Of a stretch of DNA of 64,000 nucleotides, positions 1-12,603 are shown piece by piece. This DNA comes from Eledone cirrhosa (lineage: Eukaryota), in contig OZ024746.1 of NCBI GenBank assembly GCA_964016885.1, positions 21,638,001 to 21,702,000 of the forward strand. The letters are read 5' to 3'. Under the pieces are notes generated by a model. The model made no database searches, was not told the origin of the DNA, and saw only the letters and a list, made by a program, of their open reading frames with translations. Positions within the stretch are counted from its first letter, which is position 1. Every line of letters begins with the position of its first letter. The translations under genes and the position numbers were made by a program.

Positions 1-161
1 TAAAACAGCAGCTATTGCTGGTACTCAGTTTCAGCTGAGTATGTTAGAGAAATGGGAAATGAATTCCTTTTTCTCAAGAACATGACACACAACTCAGGAA
101 TTGAACCCACAGCATTATGACCGTAAGTTAAACACCCTTACCACTAGGCCATGTGCCTCCT
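1..161 (-). mobile_element. tRNA-derived SINE, family B (5' part)
   Basis: Reverse complement reads GGAGGCACATGGCCTAGTGGTAAGGG (A-box)...GGGTTCAATTCC (B-box)...GTGTCATGTTCTTGAG...CTCAGCTG; matches copies at 58780-59036, 40296-40585, 42168-42452. Confidence 0.75.
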
Positions 162-1529
162 CTAGTATGGAGTATTTCTATTAATAAGTTCATTCACATT
201 TGTAAATGGCATGATGCTTGCACTGTTATATGAATCAGGCAGACCAATTTAGTTCTGCCTAATTTTGTGCATACTATAAATAGTTAAAAGCTACTATTCT
301 GTGATCTTGACAATGAGAAACCAAATTAATACACATTGCAACTAGTCAGAAATTTATCTATTTTCTAATTACCCGGAGAAAAGTCCCTGGTTTAGCTCTG
401 GTATCTATTTTCCACAGTCAGGTTTTAAATGCCTTTACTGAAGGCTGATGTACATATCTACTTATGTTGGTGATAGGAAGGACATCCAGCCATAGAAAGC
501 TTTCCAAATAAAGAGCTGGAAGGATCCTTCAGTGGTGCCAAAGCCATGACAACTTTTCCTGTGCATTCAGTAGAATGTGAAACCATTCATAAGTGACATA
601 ACAGACCTCTAGCCTGTCTGGGAGGTTAGTATCCACACTTTAGTACTGACTTGGACTATGTAGACCTGTTCAACCCTTGCTAGGAAGGAAAGTGGATGTT
701 AAATGATGATGGTATATACAAATAATATATTTTCAAGCATAGTACTTCATTAATGGGTGTGTGTATGCACATGCACATGTATGCATGCATGTATGTGAGT
801 ATGTGTGCCTGCATGCGTATGTGTGTGTGTTTTATTGCTTTTTTGTTTGTTTTGATTTTGGGGAGTTTTTTTGCTGTGAAATCTGTGATATCAATATTAA
901 TATTGGCTACTTCATTCTGTTTACAACCAGATAATGCGATCACTGTAATGTGTATATATATGATTAAATGTCTCCTGAAGACATTACTATTATCATACTA
1001 TGAATAATTAATTTCAATAAGAATAATACTCGTTTTTTTTATATTATCAATAATGTAATAAGTTCACCATGAAAGAGAAAAATCAATGAATCTTAAGGAT
1101 TAAAAAAAAAGGAAATTAATATATATTGTCTATTTTTTATTTTGATTTCTTAACTAAGAACTATCCTGAGATTTCTTAACTAAGAACATTATCCTGTTTG
1201 TAGTTATTTCCCTTTTATTTTATATAATCATTCTTCATTGATGTGTTCAACTTAACTTGAATGTCAAATGCTTGGAGTGTTAATGAGAAGAAGGCACAAA
1301 TAAAGACCAATATTTGTCAAACCTAAAATAAAGAAGATATTTTTACCTCATCTGACCTGTGTGGTCAGGGTGATCTTGGATCTGTGGTGTTCCTTGAGTG
1401 GCTCTAGGTGGATGTTTCACCTGCACCAGGAGTGCTAAATACTTCATTTGTGTATTATGTGTATTATTTATACTTTTACTTCACCTGATTTCTATGTTAA
1501 CCCTCACTATTTAGGTAATCTGGGGGGGG

Positions 1530-1972
1530 GGGATTTTATAAACCCTGTAAGGATGAAAGGCAAAGCTAACCATGGTAAGATTTAAAAACAGAATGTATAA
1601 TAATCATTATAATTATTATTATTATTTCTACTATAGGCACAAGGCCAGCAATTTGGGGTGGGAAGTCGATTAAAGATGAAAGGCAAAGTTAACCCTGGCA
1701 AGATTTGGAACGTTAATGGCCATAACTCTATGCTGCAAAGTATGTTGTTCGACACTCTACCGATACTGCCAATCCACCTCCCTTAATAATTGTTTCTACT
1801 TTTGGCTCAAGGCCAGCAACTACTCAGTACATTACTGGTACTTTATTTTATTGACCCCATAAGGATGAAAGGCAAAGTTAACCTCGGTGGGATTTGAACT
1901 CAGACCATAAAGGACCGTAACTCTATGCTGCAAAGCATGGTGTCCGACTCTCTACCGATACTGCCAATCCAA
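1530..1972 (-). mobile_element. Cluster of three SINE family A copies or fragments
   Basis: Repeated AAGGATGAAAGGCAAAG(C/T)TAACC core, GGGATTTGAACTCAG (B-box reverse complement), TACCGATACTGCCAATCC (A-box reverse complement). Confidence 0.85.
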
Positions 1973-2129
1973 TAATGATAATCCTTTTGTAATTTGTTTA
2001 TCTCTTATATGGCAGGGAAAATATCACAATTAATAATATTCATAGTCTGAAGTCTATTCCCGCTAGAGTGATCTGCCAGACTTAGTAGATATTGATGTTG
2101 CAGTAGATGTAATAGGTGAACTTTTCAAT

Positions 2130-2706
2130 TCACTTCTTCATGAGTCTGTAAACAGTTTGTGATGGATAAAAATGACAATATTTTTGGGAAGACTCTTGGT
2201 GTTGATGAAAATCAACTAACCCCTCTTTTCTGGTGGACTTTCAGTCCAAGGCCCATATATAACTTCCAGAAATCCCTGGCTCAGGAGTGCTACCAGGTGT
2301 CAGTTCAAGATAAATTATGCAGGCGTGGAAGTGCCATCAGTCGAGCCTGTCTAGAATGTGCACAGGGCTACAAAACCCATCCTACATGCACTTGTCTAGT
2401 GTCCAAGCATTGCTGACTTGTGGGTTTATGTCAAACACCAGTTGTAATGTGTATGACAGATTCAACTATCAACTGCATCCATCATGAATATCACTCCATC
2501 ACCTTCCTTTAGCCAGGAAGGACAGAATGTTTTTATCTGCCTGGTGGACATAGCAAAAGAGGTTGTGTGGTGGATATATTTGAAAGGGTTAATAATAAGC
2601 ACTTTCCTTTGAAAAGGAAAATCAGGTTAGAGAAAGAAGAGCTATCTTCCAGCCAGTTTGTTGAAAGGTTGGTGAGAATGGTGAGGATGGTCTGGTCTAC
2701 TTTGAG
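2130..2706 (+). mobile_element. Degraded Tx1/L1-clade LINE ORF2 C-terminal fragment (zf-RVT region)
   Basis: ORF peptides GKTLGVDENQL...NFQKSLAQECY...VQDKL...ACLEC and HFPLKRKIRLEKEELSSSQFVERL match the minus-strand copy at 43660-44855. Confidence 0.8.
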
Positions 2707-3324
2707 AAAAATCATTATATACAAGGGAATGTCAAAATTGGCAATGTCCAAGTAAATATCTACAATATTTTATTGCAGTATTCTCTGTCTTTTGTATTAG
2801 TTCAACCACGGTTAACTTTACATAATAACTCCAGACTGTTAAAATAATGTTAGTGACATGTAAAGGAGTTAATTCATTTATCTATACAACATCCCAACAA
2901 ATTTGTAGTCTTGTATCAATGTACGAATTTGTTATTGATTTTAGCACTGTCTTATTGCCAAATACTGAGTCTTTAGATTTTATTCTAGCACATTCTTGGC
3001 AAGAGCATATTTTTTTGTTCCTTCCAAACTTTAATTTAATTGAAACTGGGGTCATGGACTAGAAAGTTTGTTTTTTTAAAATTAAAATGACATAGCAATG
3101 CCAGGTAGCAACCAACTATACTAACCCTGGTGGAATGTGCTGGAGCTGACCATAGTCTTAAACAGAAAAGAGATTATTGTTTCTTTAGATTAGTATATAA
3201 GTTCATATGTTTCAATTCATGAAAAAATAATTCTGAGGCAGTATTGAAATCTAATCAAACACCAGTTAATTTGAACACCAAATAAAGGGATTACAATAAA
3301 GAAATACACTTCCGGGTGATGCCA

Positions 3325-3565
3325 GGTTTAGCTCTCTGGACTAGTGCTAAGTGTGTTAGACTTTTGATCATAACACCATGGGTTCAATTCCTGAGCTGGG
3401 TTATATTGCTCCAGTCCAGCTGAAAATGAGTACTGGCAGTAACTGTGAATTTAACTCTGTGATGGACTGGCATCATGTCCAGGAGGGAGTCTTCTACATT
3501 CAGTCACTTAACGCCATAGACACTGGGATAAGCACCAGCCTAATGAACCTTCAGGCTTGAGACAG
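3325..3565 (+). mobile_element. tRNA-derived SINE, family B (long tail variant)
   Basis: GGGTTCAATTCC B-box, TGCTCCAGTCCAGCTGAAAATGAGTAC core, tail shared with 50370-50740 and 58780-58900. Confidence 0.65.
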
Positions 3566-4734
3566 ATTTTCGAGACTGGTGTGATGGCAGAAGCAGTAAA
3601 GTACCTAACAGTATTTTTTTATTTTATATCACATTTAGTGAACAATGACATCATTGGTGTTATAGGTTTTCAATGGAACTATCACTGGTTCATTGAATTT
3701 CTGATAGTGGAAGCACCAACCTTTAGACGTGAACTAAGCTCTAAATACTTTAATCATTTCATTACCATATTTCTAATGAAAGATAATATCTATGATATTT
3801 TAAGCATTTTGAACATAGTCAAGAATTTACAGTGTCCTGGTAGTATAACTAACTTTCATCATCATCAGCATTATCATTTTAATGTCTGCTTTCCCCGCTA
3901 TCAAGAGTTGGTTGGGTCTATACAGACCAAATTAATATCGAAGTGGGGCTACTGATCTCCTAGACAGGCCAGGGATCTACATCTCACCTGCATATGGTCT
4001 CATGTTATACTAAGTGGGCAGGAAATGCTGTCTTTGACACAATGGAAGGATTCTCACAATTCTTCATTTGGCAAGCTTTCTACACTGCTCATTATAAATA
4101 TGGTTTTTACAACATAACATGGAAGGATTTTATCATCATCAGCAGCATCATCAGCATTTTTCCACACAAGCCTGGGTTACACGATTTTATATAAATACAA
4201 ACACTTTAAAATAGCAATTTTGTATCATAGAATCAGAGGCAGTTTCAGATGGTTTAATATCAAAAGGGTTAAAGAAAAAACTAGTTTTAGCTCTCTATCT
4301 AAGGACAACCATGCCAAAAGTTCTTCAAACCAAGATTGCTTATATATCTATATTTATATCCTTGCCTTAGTAAAGAATAACCCTTCAGTATCTAAACATG
4401 AAGGTATATATTTTATATTATGTAAACCGAGTACCTAGGAAGGTATATGCCAGTTTGCCATGTGTTTTACATAATATGAAAAAATATATAAATACATATG
4501 TGTGTGTGTAGCCAATAGCAGCCATGCTACCATTATTAGCCACTTCTTCATCACCACCATCATTATATCTCTAACTGCTTTCCTCAATTTCATTGTTGTA
4601 GTAACATTGTCATCGCCCTCCTTTTCCTCCTTCTCATCAACGTAACGTTGTTGTTGTCGTCACCACCACCATCATCATCATCATCAATACTACTATCATC
4701 ATTATCAACATTATTTTTTTAGTATTATCACCAA

Positions 4735-4737
<3 letters not shown>

Positions 4738-4816
<79 letters not shown>
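4738..4816. repeat. (TA)n microsatellite
   Basis: Direct reading of the sequence. Confidence 0.98.
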
Positions 4817-4819
<3 letters not shown>

Positions 4820-5009
4820 CCATCACCACCTCAACCACTACCTCCATAAAATGTTTGGCATGTGAAATACAAGTGGAGACCCATTCATATCCTTATTCAA
4901 AACATTTCTTTCATTCTAACTACTTCTACCTTTACACTTTTATTAATATTCTTTCCACAACCAACATCTTCTATGATTGCTAGCCATGAACACAATATCT
5001 ATTGTTAAA

Positions 5010-5194
5010 TTACAGATATGATTGCCAGATTTGGGAACAAATTATATCTTCGTATAAGGGCTTTTCAGCATAACAATACCTTTTGACAAGATTGCATCTT
5101 GTATCCAAATTCACTTCTGGTAAAATTCGTTGGCACCATGATTGCAAATGTTTTCTGCCAGCACTTACACTGTTATGTTGTGCAAAATCGCTTC
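5010..5194 (-). other. Possible host exon (terminal coding exon, or 26-nt exon 5169-5194)
   Basis: Acceptor tatgttttcag, then open frame SDFAQHNSVSAGRKHLQSWCQRILPEVNLDTRCNLVKRYCYAEKPLYEDIICSQIWQSYL*; internal donor GTAAGT at 5168; protein not recognised. Confidence 0.2.
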
Positions 5195-5246
5195 CTGAAA
5201 ACATAATATAGGGAAAGAAAAATATTACTGCATTAAAATTAGGTCT

Positions 5247-5537
5247 GTGAGTCTGTATGTGTGTGTGTGTGTGTGTTTCATTTTGTATGTGTGTGCATTT
5301 GTGTGTTTGTGTGTATGTTTGTGTGTGTATGTGCATGTGTGTTTGTGTGTAGGTTTCTGTGTGTGTATGTGTGTTTGCGTATGCATGTTTGTGTGTGTAT
5401 GTGTGTATGTGTGTGTGTGTGTGTGTGTGTTTATGTGTGTGCATGTGTGTGTGTGTGTGTGTGTGCATGCTTTTGTTTTTGTGTATTTTTATATGTGCAT
5501 GAATACATGTGTTTGTGTTTAGTGCATGTGTGTGTTT
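5247..5537. repeat. Degenerate (GT)n microsatellite
   Basis: Direct reading of the sequence. Confidence 0.95.
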
Positions 5538-5979
5538 GATGGCATGTTTAGCAGGAAGTAAAGTAGTATTGAGATGAATTTGTCAGAATACCGACTGCTA
5601 TAGCAATTGCTATTATATCCATGAGGATGATATGAATGTCTGCTTGTTTCTTAGTTTCTAAGTTTCTTCTCGAGGCAAACATCGTATGCATAATTAATTT
5701 ACTATTATGAAATGGTTAACAGTAAAATCGAAGTCTTAAATACTTATTCAAACAAATTGCAAATATCTGCATGTGCTAACATCCCCCCAGTCATATAAAT
5801 AAGGGAGAAAAAATAAATGTAAAACAGTTAGATTCAACAAGAAATTATATATAATGAACTGACTGAAAGTGAAACTGACCCTGATTTTCCAGGAGCAAAC
5901 AACATGGTCCCAAACCTCATTCATGAGTTGGGTGGAACTCATCATATCAGACTTGGAAACAATGTATCCATTCGTCTTT

Positions 5980-6140
5980 CCAGTTGCTGATACTATCTCT
6001 CAGTTGCAACTCCTGGCAGAAGAAGCAATGTGAAATGAAGTGCCATGCTCAAGGACAAAATGAATCATCTGGCCCAGGAATCGAACTCACAAACTCATGA
6101 CTATAAATCTGATTTTCTAACCACTAAGCCACATGCCTTC
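5980..6140 (-). mobile_element. SINE family B
   Basis: GCAATGTGAAATGAAGTG...CAGGAATCGAACTC...AACCACTAAGCCACATGCC, the reverse complement of head and core. Confidence 0.7.
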
Positions 6141-6775
6141 ATCATATAATAAAATGGTCACTAAATAATGTGGATGGAGATGGAAACTAGACAGATCGGG
6201 CCTTATCCTCAAAATGTTAAAAATCATAGAGGAGATGACACATGTTCAAGTTACCTGATGATATGCCATACTAAACAAGTGGGATGAAATGAGTATAAGG
6301 CTGTAAAAGGCAAAAGTATGCAACAACACATGGCCTATCAGGTTTGCACTATATGCATCTACAGCTCCAACTGATGTTTTATTAAGACTATATGCAAATG
6401 AGCATCTACAGCAGATGTTGTATATGCAAATTATCATTAGAGCTGTAAGCTTATTTTTGTCTCAGTACTGAGTAAATGTCACTGATGACAGCTAAAAATC
6501 CAGAAACATGTCTGAGGAGTAGATTGATGCTGGGGACAGATCTATCACATCGATGAGGACTTTGAGCCAATCATCAGTGAAACATACGTAATGGTCGATA
6601 TACAATAAAAACATTTTAAACTGAAACTTCAAATATCATACTTCATATATACACTCTGCTATAGCATTCAGTGCTCACATTGGTGCTACCTCCAGTAATA
6701 AAAAAAATTACTAAAAGAATGTGTATATATATAATGCGTCAATTGGTCACAGACCACAGGGGGCATAGGAATCTC

Positions 6776-7030
6776 CTAATACTTTTTGAGGCAAGTCAAT
6801 ATGCTCACAGCATTACAATGGGTGCTGGCAAGGCTAAGGTGCTGAAATAACCAAGCACCCTCACAGGCATCAGTTGACACCTCAGTAAGGCAAGCTGCTA
6901 ACGTTGATAAGAACTTTGCTGTCAGAGGCCCTGCTTCCCCAAATGTCTCGAATGTCACAGAATGGAAGAAACAGTTTACCAATAATTCCCAGTACTTTAG
7001 AATTTTATTAAAGTTAGCACTAATAAGCCA
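6776..7030 (-). mobile_element. CRE-clade LINE C-terminal (restriction-like endonuclease) fragment
   Basis: Peptide FFHSVTFETFGEAGPLTAKFLSTLA...EGAWLFQHLSLASTHCNAVSIL fits the CRE motif F.P...ET.G..G...L.QRLS.A..RGNA..I. Confidence 0.7.
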
Positions 7031-7423
7031 GTGCCATTTTCAAGTCTATCCTCTTTACTTTGGTTCAGACCACCCAACTGTTGTAGCATATATTTGAACA
7101 CATGATCACAATCAGCAGCCAAACTTCATTAACTCATATCCGTGTGTATGTAATGCTTCTTTTTAATCATAAATTAAATTTAATTATTTCATGGAAAGAT
7201 TGTTATCACTGCTTCAGTTTCTTTTGCTATCAATAGATATCTTAAATTGAATAACCATTAACTAATTAATTAATTAATATTTTTCTCTATATTACACATT
7301 AAATATAAAATAGAGTCAACTGCTTGATGCTTTTTAATTATCAAATGTATCATTTAACTATACTGACAATTTAAATGTGACATGCAAACATAAACCAAGA
7401 ACTTTGGGGAAATGTCATATATC

Positions 7424-7581
7424 ATCATCATCATCACCATTTAACGTCCATTTCTCCATGCTAGCATGGGTTAGAAAAGTTGTCCAGATGTGAGCCAAGC
7501 CAGAACCGATGACTGTCTCCAGCTCATATTGAACCGATTCGGGGTGGATTTCTACAGCTGGATGCCCTTCCTAATGCTAAC

Positions 7582-7585
<4 letters not shown>
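7424..7585 (-). mobile_element. Short 3' end of RTE LINE (or RTE-tailed SINE) with (GAT)n tail
   Basis: CATCATCAT..TTTAACGTCC..CCATGCTAGCATGGGTT..CTACAGCTGGATGCCCTTCCTAA, shared with the 3' UTR of the RTE at 27790. Confidence 0.8.
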
Positions 7586-7635
<50 letters not shown>

Positions 7636-7715
7636 TATAACAGTCGATCCACAAGATCCCAGACCTTATTCACTTACCAAGTGCCTAAATCAGAAGCCAT
7701 TATTATTGTTTTGTT

Positions 7716-8566
7716 GGGTGGTAGATTTGCAGTATCAGTAAGGTGTTGAAAAACATGCTCTGTGGTATATAGTTATGGTCTTTTACATTCTGAGTTCAAA
7801 TCCCACAGAGGTTAGCTTTACCTTTCCTCCTTATGGGGTTAATAAATTAATGAGCTTTGTGTGCAGAGGATTTGTGCTGACTGAAAAGGAACGAAGCATC
7901 CATGCTCCGTTGGATGTGTAATAGAAATATACGCAAATGGCAAAACATAAATGAACTAAGTAGGAAGTTAGGAATAAGAGGGGTCAGATGCTGTTTACTT
8001 GAGAGAAGACTACGTTGGTATGGTCACGTGATGTGCATGAAAGACGACAGTTGTATAAAAAAAGTGCAGGGCGATCAAAATTGATGGAAGTTATGGAGTA
8101 GGTAGTCCCAGGAAAACCTGGGATGATTTGATAAATTCCGACCTCACACACTTACACCTCTCTAAGACAATGTCACTGGACCGAGAGCTTTGGCACTACA
8201 CAGTAATACGGAAGACCCGCCTTGCCTATGTACCAAACGAAACCTACAGTCAGTAGGCACCTCTTAACCAAATATATACCCCATCCCACTACCCCTACTC
8301 CATCCTCCCACTCCACACTGTAAACGTGGTTGGTGTTAGGAAGGGCATCCAGCCACCATAGAAAACCTGTCAGACAGCCATATACGAGCGAGACATGGTC
8401 ACCCGACCAATCTTGCCTCAAGTAAGACAATTCCCGTCTAAACCCATGCTAGCATGGAAGATAGACGTTAAATGTTGATGATGATGATGTTAATGCACTG
8501 GAGTCGATTTAATCAACTTTCCCTCCCCAAAAAATTGTTGGCCTTGTGCCTAAATTAGAAACCATT
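7716..8566 (+). mobile_element. SINE family A split by an RTE insertion
   Basis: SINE head and core at 7716-7850; tail resumes at 8490 (TAATGCACTGG...GGCCTTGTGCCTAAATTAGAAACC); TTAATG at both junctions. Confidence 0.75.
7853..8489 (+). mobile_element. RTE LINE 3' fragment (family 1)
   Basis: MLRWMCNRNIRK...KLGIRGVRCCLLERRLRWYGHVM is nearly identical to the 28169-29092 C-terminus; 3' UTR ends GACGTTAAATG..GATGATGAT. Confidence 0.92.
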
Positions 8567-8887
8567 GTTCCATTAAAAAGCCCCAGATATCATTGAAGTT
8601 GTTTTTTTTTCTAGTTTTGGATATAATCATATTGATAACCAAAATATATTTGTGTTTCAGCTGTAACTGAAGGGAAGCATGTTTAAAATTAAAGTTGTTT
8701 AGAGATTAAGCATTCTTAACCATTGGGGAGAAAAAACTAAAATAATATTTAATATAAATAGACTTCTAGGCAGGTGGAAATAAATTACTTTTAGAATCTT
8801 AAAATCTTACATAAATCTTATTCAAATGTGTACTATATCCCTTATACAAAAGAAAAGTTAAGTATTTCAATATCGTTATTTTAAGTA

Positions 8888-9160
8888 ACAGGCAGAGTCA
8901 TTAGAACAATGGATAGAATGCTCTGTGTTGCGACTCTCTGTTCTCTGAATTCAAATCGCGCTGAGGTCACCTTTGCCTTTCATCCATTCAAGGATGATAA
9001 AAATAGTACCAGTTTAGTACTGGGATCGATTCTTCCTCAATATCTCTTTCGCACTTCCTCTGTCAATTTTTCTTTTATTCTCTGGAATAAATCTGTTGCA
9101 TTCAGACCTGGAGAGGGTGGGGCTCAACAAGGTTTTAAAATGCCCAAGAAACACTATGTC
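8888..9160 (+). mobile_element. SINE family A head/core with alternative pyrimidine-rich tail
   Basis: TTCAAATC B-box, TTTGCCTTTCATCC core; tail AGTACTGGG..TTC..CTCT..TTCAGACCTGGAGAG..AAAATGCCCAAGAAA is shared with 50200-50350 and 63370-63520. Confidence 0.65.
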
Positions 9161-9214
9161 AATACAGTGAGTTATAGCAACATGCATACATTTTAAGTCA
9201 CAATTACTAAAAAA

Positions 9215-9752
9215 TAGACTGTACTTTATTTTATCAACTCCATAAGGATGAAAGGTAAAGTTAACCATGGCAGGATTTGAACTCAGAATGTAAAGCGACA
9301 TAACTCTATACCACAAAACGTTGTCCAATGCCCTATCAATACTGCCAATCCAATGCCTAACAAAACAATAATAATGTTTTTTTGGTTTAGGTACAAGGCC
9401 AACAATTTTGTTGAGTAAATCGACCCCAGTGCATTACCAGTAGATTAATTTATTGACCCCATAAGGAGGAAAGGTAAAGTAAAGAGGAAAGGTAGGATTT
9501 GAACTCAGAACATAAAGGGCCATAACTCTATGCCACAAAGCATGTTGTTCAACACCATACTGCCAATCCACCACCCAACAAAACAATAATAATGGCTTCT
9601 GGTTTAGACACAAGGCATTCAATCTTTGGTGGGGAGGGGAAAGTCGATTAAATCGACCGTCAGTGCATTCTTTGAACTCAGAATGTAAAGGGCCATAACT
9701 CTATGCCACAAAGCATGTTGTCCAATGCTCTACTGATACTGTTAATCTACCT
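9215..9752 (-). mobile_element. Cluster of SINE family A copies
   Basis: Three TTTGAACTCAGAA segments with core and tail, separated by AACAAAACAATAATAATG. Confidence 0.8.
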
Positions 9753-9861
9753 ACATGGTAATAAAACTAATTTATAATGTTATTTATGACAAATATTCTA
9801 AAATATCTCAAAAGAACAGTTATTACAGGAATATAGCCAGACTAGACATTATTTGAATTAA

Positions 9862-10069
9862 CCCTTCAGCATTTAAACTGGCCATATCCAGCCAGAATTC
9901 TCTCACCTCTTTCTGTTCAAACTGGCCATAACCAGCTGCTAATACTTATGTTAAGATCTTGGTCTTAAAATAAATAATATCAAAATCTCATTGATTTGAT
10001 ATTATGTGAGATAAAGCCTTTACTGAGAAAATACAATAGTATATATAGAGTAATGTAAATGTTAAAGGG
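9862..10069. mobile_element. piggyBac-type MITE
   Basis: TTAA at 9858-9861 and 10070-10073; termini CCCTTCAGCATTTA / TAAATGTTAAAGGG. Confidence 0.8.
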
Positions 10070-10376
10070 TTAACTGAAGATGTAAAAAATACAAAAATAT
10101 AGAATAACTTATGCAAAGTTTCCAACGGCTGGAGTGCTAGTAAAGCCAACTAATTAATACAAGATAGAAACTCTCTTGCAATAATTGGCATTACTCTATA
10201 TTTATTTATGTTCTATATTTATGTTTCTCTGATTTAGATATTTTTAGTTATCTTGTTATTGAGATTTTTAGTATATTAGTGACCAATAACTTTCTGTCTG
10301 ATGTACTTTACACTAAGTATTTTGTTCCAGTAAGTCTTCTGGCAGGCTGAAACTTTAATGAACACCATCAACTTAA

Positions 10377-10579
10377 CCCTTTAGCATTTACCTAATATAT
10401 ACTATTGTATTTTCACAGTAAAAGCGTTATCTCACATAATATCGAATCTATGAGATTTTGATACTATTTATTTTGAGAACAATACCTTAACATCAGTATG
10501 AGTAGAAAATTACAGCTGGTTTGAACAGAAGGAGTTGAGAGAATACTGGCCAGATATGGCTGGTTTAAATGCTAAAGAG
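10377..10579. mobile_element. piggyBac-type MITE (same family, opposite orientation)
   Basis: TTAA at 10373-10376 and 10580-10583; termini CCCTTTAGCATTTA / TAAATGCTAAAGAG; interior is the reverse complement of 9862-10069. Confidence 0.8.
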
Positions 10580-10589
10580 TTAAAGGTGA

Positions 10590-11040
10590 ATCTTGTAAGA
10601 GTTGAAATTTTCTTTTTCTTTTTGTTGTTTAATTCAATATCATAAATTTCTAATTTGATGAGTTTGTTGGCTGTTGAGATTTTTGAAGATGTCTGTAGTT
10701 TAAGATATATTTGTACATTTCGCAAGATGTTCAGCATATAATAAACATAATGGGAGAAGAGGAGAGATAATATAACAGATTCTTGATGAATTCTGTTTCA
10801 GAAGACATATGTCTTGATGGTTATGATACTAAATACTGTAATGTATCAGTTTCTCGTTTTTAGTAGTCTGTTAAATCTTATTAGTAATTTCCTCTGGGAA
10901 ATATGGTATATCGCTTCTGAATGAAGAAATTATAGGGAATAACATTATACATAATCTATGATAGTTTTCATTAGAACATTCCTTCAATTTTGTTTATACT
11001 ATTGTCTTTTCTTCTGCAACATGCTAAACATCACATTTAT
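10590..11040 (-). mobile_element. Heavily degraded LINE reverse-transcriptase remnant
   Basis: Minus frame near 10740-10800 reads RIHQESVILSLLFSHY, resembling the RT motif G(I/V)RQG..LSPLLF; many stops. Confidence 0.3.
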
Positions 11041-11051
11041 ATAATGGGCAA

Positions 11052-11256
11052 TATGGTGGGTGGGCTGAAAAGTTCATAGGTTGACTATGAAGGAGTGATG
11101 CTAGAGCTGTGAAATTTTGCAACTATTAATTTCAACTCTTCTTATTATTAATAACTGCATTGTTTCTTTCCAGAGACTATGTTGAAAAATAAACCTCATT
11201 TGGTCATTCCATGAGAGTATCTTGGCCAGCCTTTGAACACTTAACTGACCCTTGTG
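11052..11256. mobile_element. mariner-type MITE
   Basis: Left end GGGTGGGCTGAAAAGTTCATAGGTTGAC; right end GCCAGCCTTTGAACACTTAACTGACCC is an imperfect inverted repeat; resembles TACGAGGG mariner termini. Confidence 0.6.
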
Positions 11257-11794
11257 CATTAGAAATTTTGTAAGATGAAAAATAGGCTATTGTCTTTGAA
11301 GGAATTTCAAAGAAGTTACCTCTATCTTTGTGAAGTAGTTACATCTTAGGTTTATGTTTGATGTAGATGAAAAATCAAAATTTGGAATTTTGTGAATCTG
11401 TCCTTTTAGGACTTCAAATGATCAATCTAATTGACCATCCCAGGAATATCCTATTTTCTTTTCTTGACTATTATATAAAGGATTACATTAATCAGTGTCA
11501 TATTTTCTTTAATATGGTAGGCAAAGGGCCAGACTTTTCCCTGCTGAGGCTCTAAGCTATATGAAATTTGAGGCCTTCTCTAAAACAATTTGAGTTAAAA
11601 AAACTTTTAAATAATTACATATGATTATTATTTGTTAATGATTAAAAATTAAATTAGTTACAAAATGTTCCTTTTAACTAATTAATTGGTTTATTCTGTG
11701 TAAAAAAAAATGTAGTTTAAAACATGAGGCCCACAAGGGTGTGTGGCCTTAAGTTAAATGCACCCAAAGACCAGGTGGTGTGTTAAACTGGGCA

Positions 11795-12052
11795 ATTGAT
11801 TAAGTCTACCAACAAAGTAGCTCACAGTGGGATTTGAACTCAGAACATGGGAGCCAGAATTAATACTGTAAGACATCTTACCCAATGCTCTAACAATTCT
11901 GACAATCTACTACCCTGTGCTGGTACTTTATTTTATCTATCTTGAACAGCAGAAAGGCAATGCTAAGCTTGGTGAGATTTGAAATCAGAGCACAAAAAGA
12001 TGGAATTAAATGCTGTATAGAATTTTATTTTATGTTCTAATGATTCTGCCTT
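11795..12052 (-). mobile_element. Two old SINE family A fragments
   Basis: GGGATTTGAACTCAGAA, GCTGGTACTTTATTTTATC, GATTCTGCC. Confidence 0.65.
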
Positions 12053-12569
12053 TCCTATCAGCATCAGAGAAATAAAGGAGATAAGGGAATTGAAACAAAA
12101 TAATATTGGAATTGTTATGAGTGAGGTAGGGGGAAGATTTTAAGGTAGGGGAGGGAATTAGTTGATTTGTAAAATTCAGATGCGGAAAGGTGTAAGTTAT
12201 TGATGAAAATAGATATCTAAGAAATTAATAGAGGTGTCTGTAAAGTTAGAAGAGAATTCCAATGCTGTGTTGAAATTTTATATAAAGGAAATAAAGGAGC
12301 TAGGCTGGACTCTGATGAGGAAGGTTACATCAATACAGTAATTGATATAAATAGCTATGTAGCTCTTTGGTAGAGCCAGGTCATTCTCATATTTAAAGGT
12401 TGTCTCTAGTTTTTATGTTTTGCTCTTTTTTTGTTATTTCATCAATGGCTGCATTATTAATGTTGTCTCTTAGAATGGGTTTCTCAGGTACATCTATAAT
12501 TAATTTCTTGAGTGTACACACTGTGCAATGTAGAAATTAATGATATGGGATATGTTCAAGACTGTATGT

Positions 12570-12603
<34 letters not shown>

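Noticed and set aside
5880-6300. Possible minus-strand exon chain with CUB-like GYIVS...CSWKI peptide
   Set aside because: In-frame TGA after the only good acceptor, and that acceptor lies inside a SINE; no coherent reading frame
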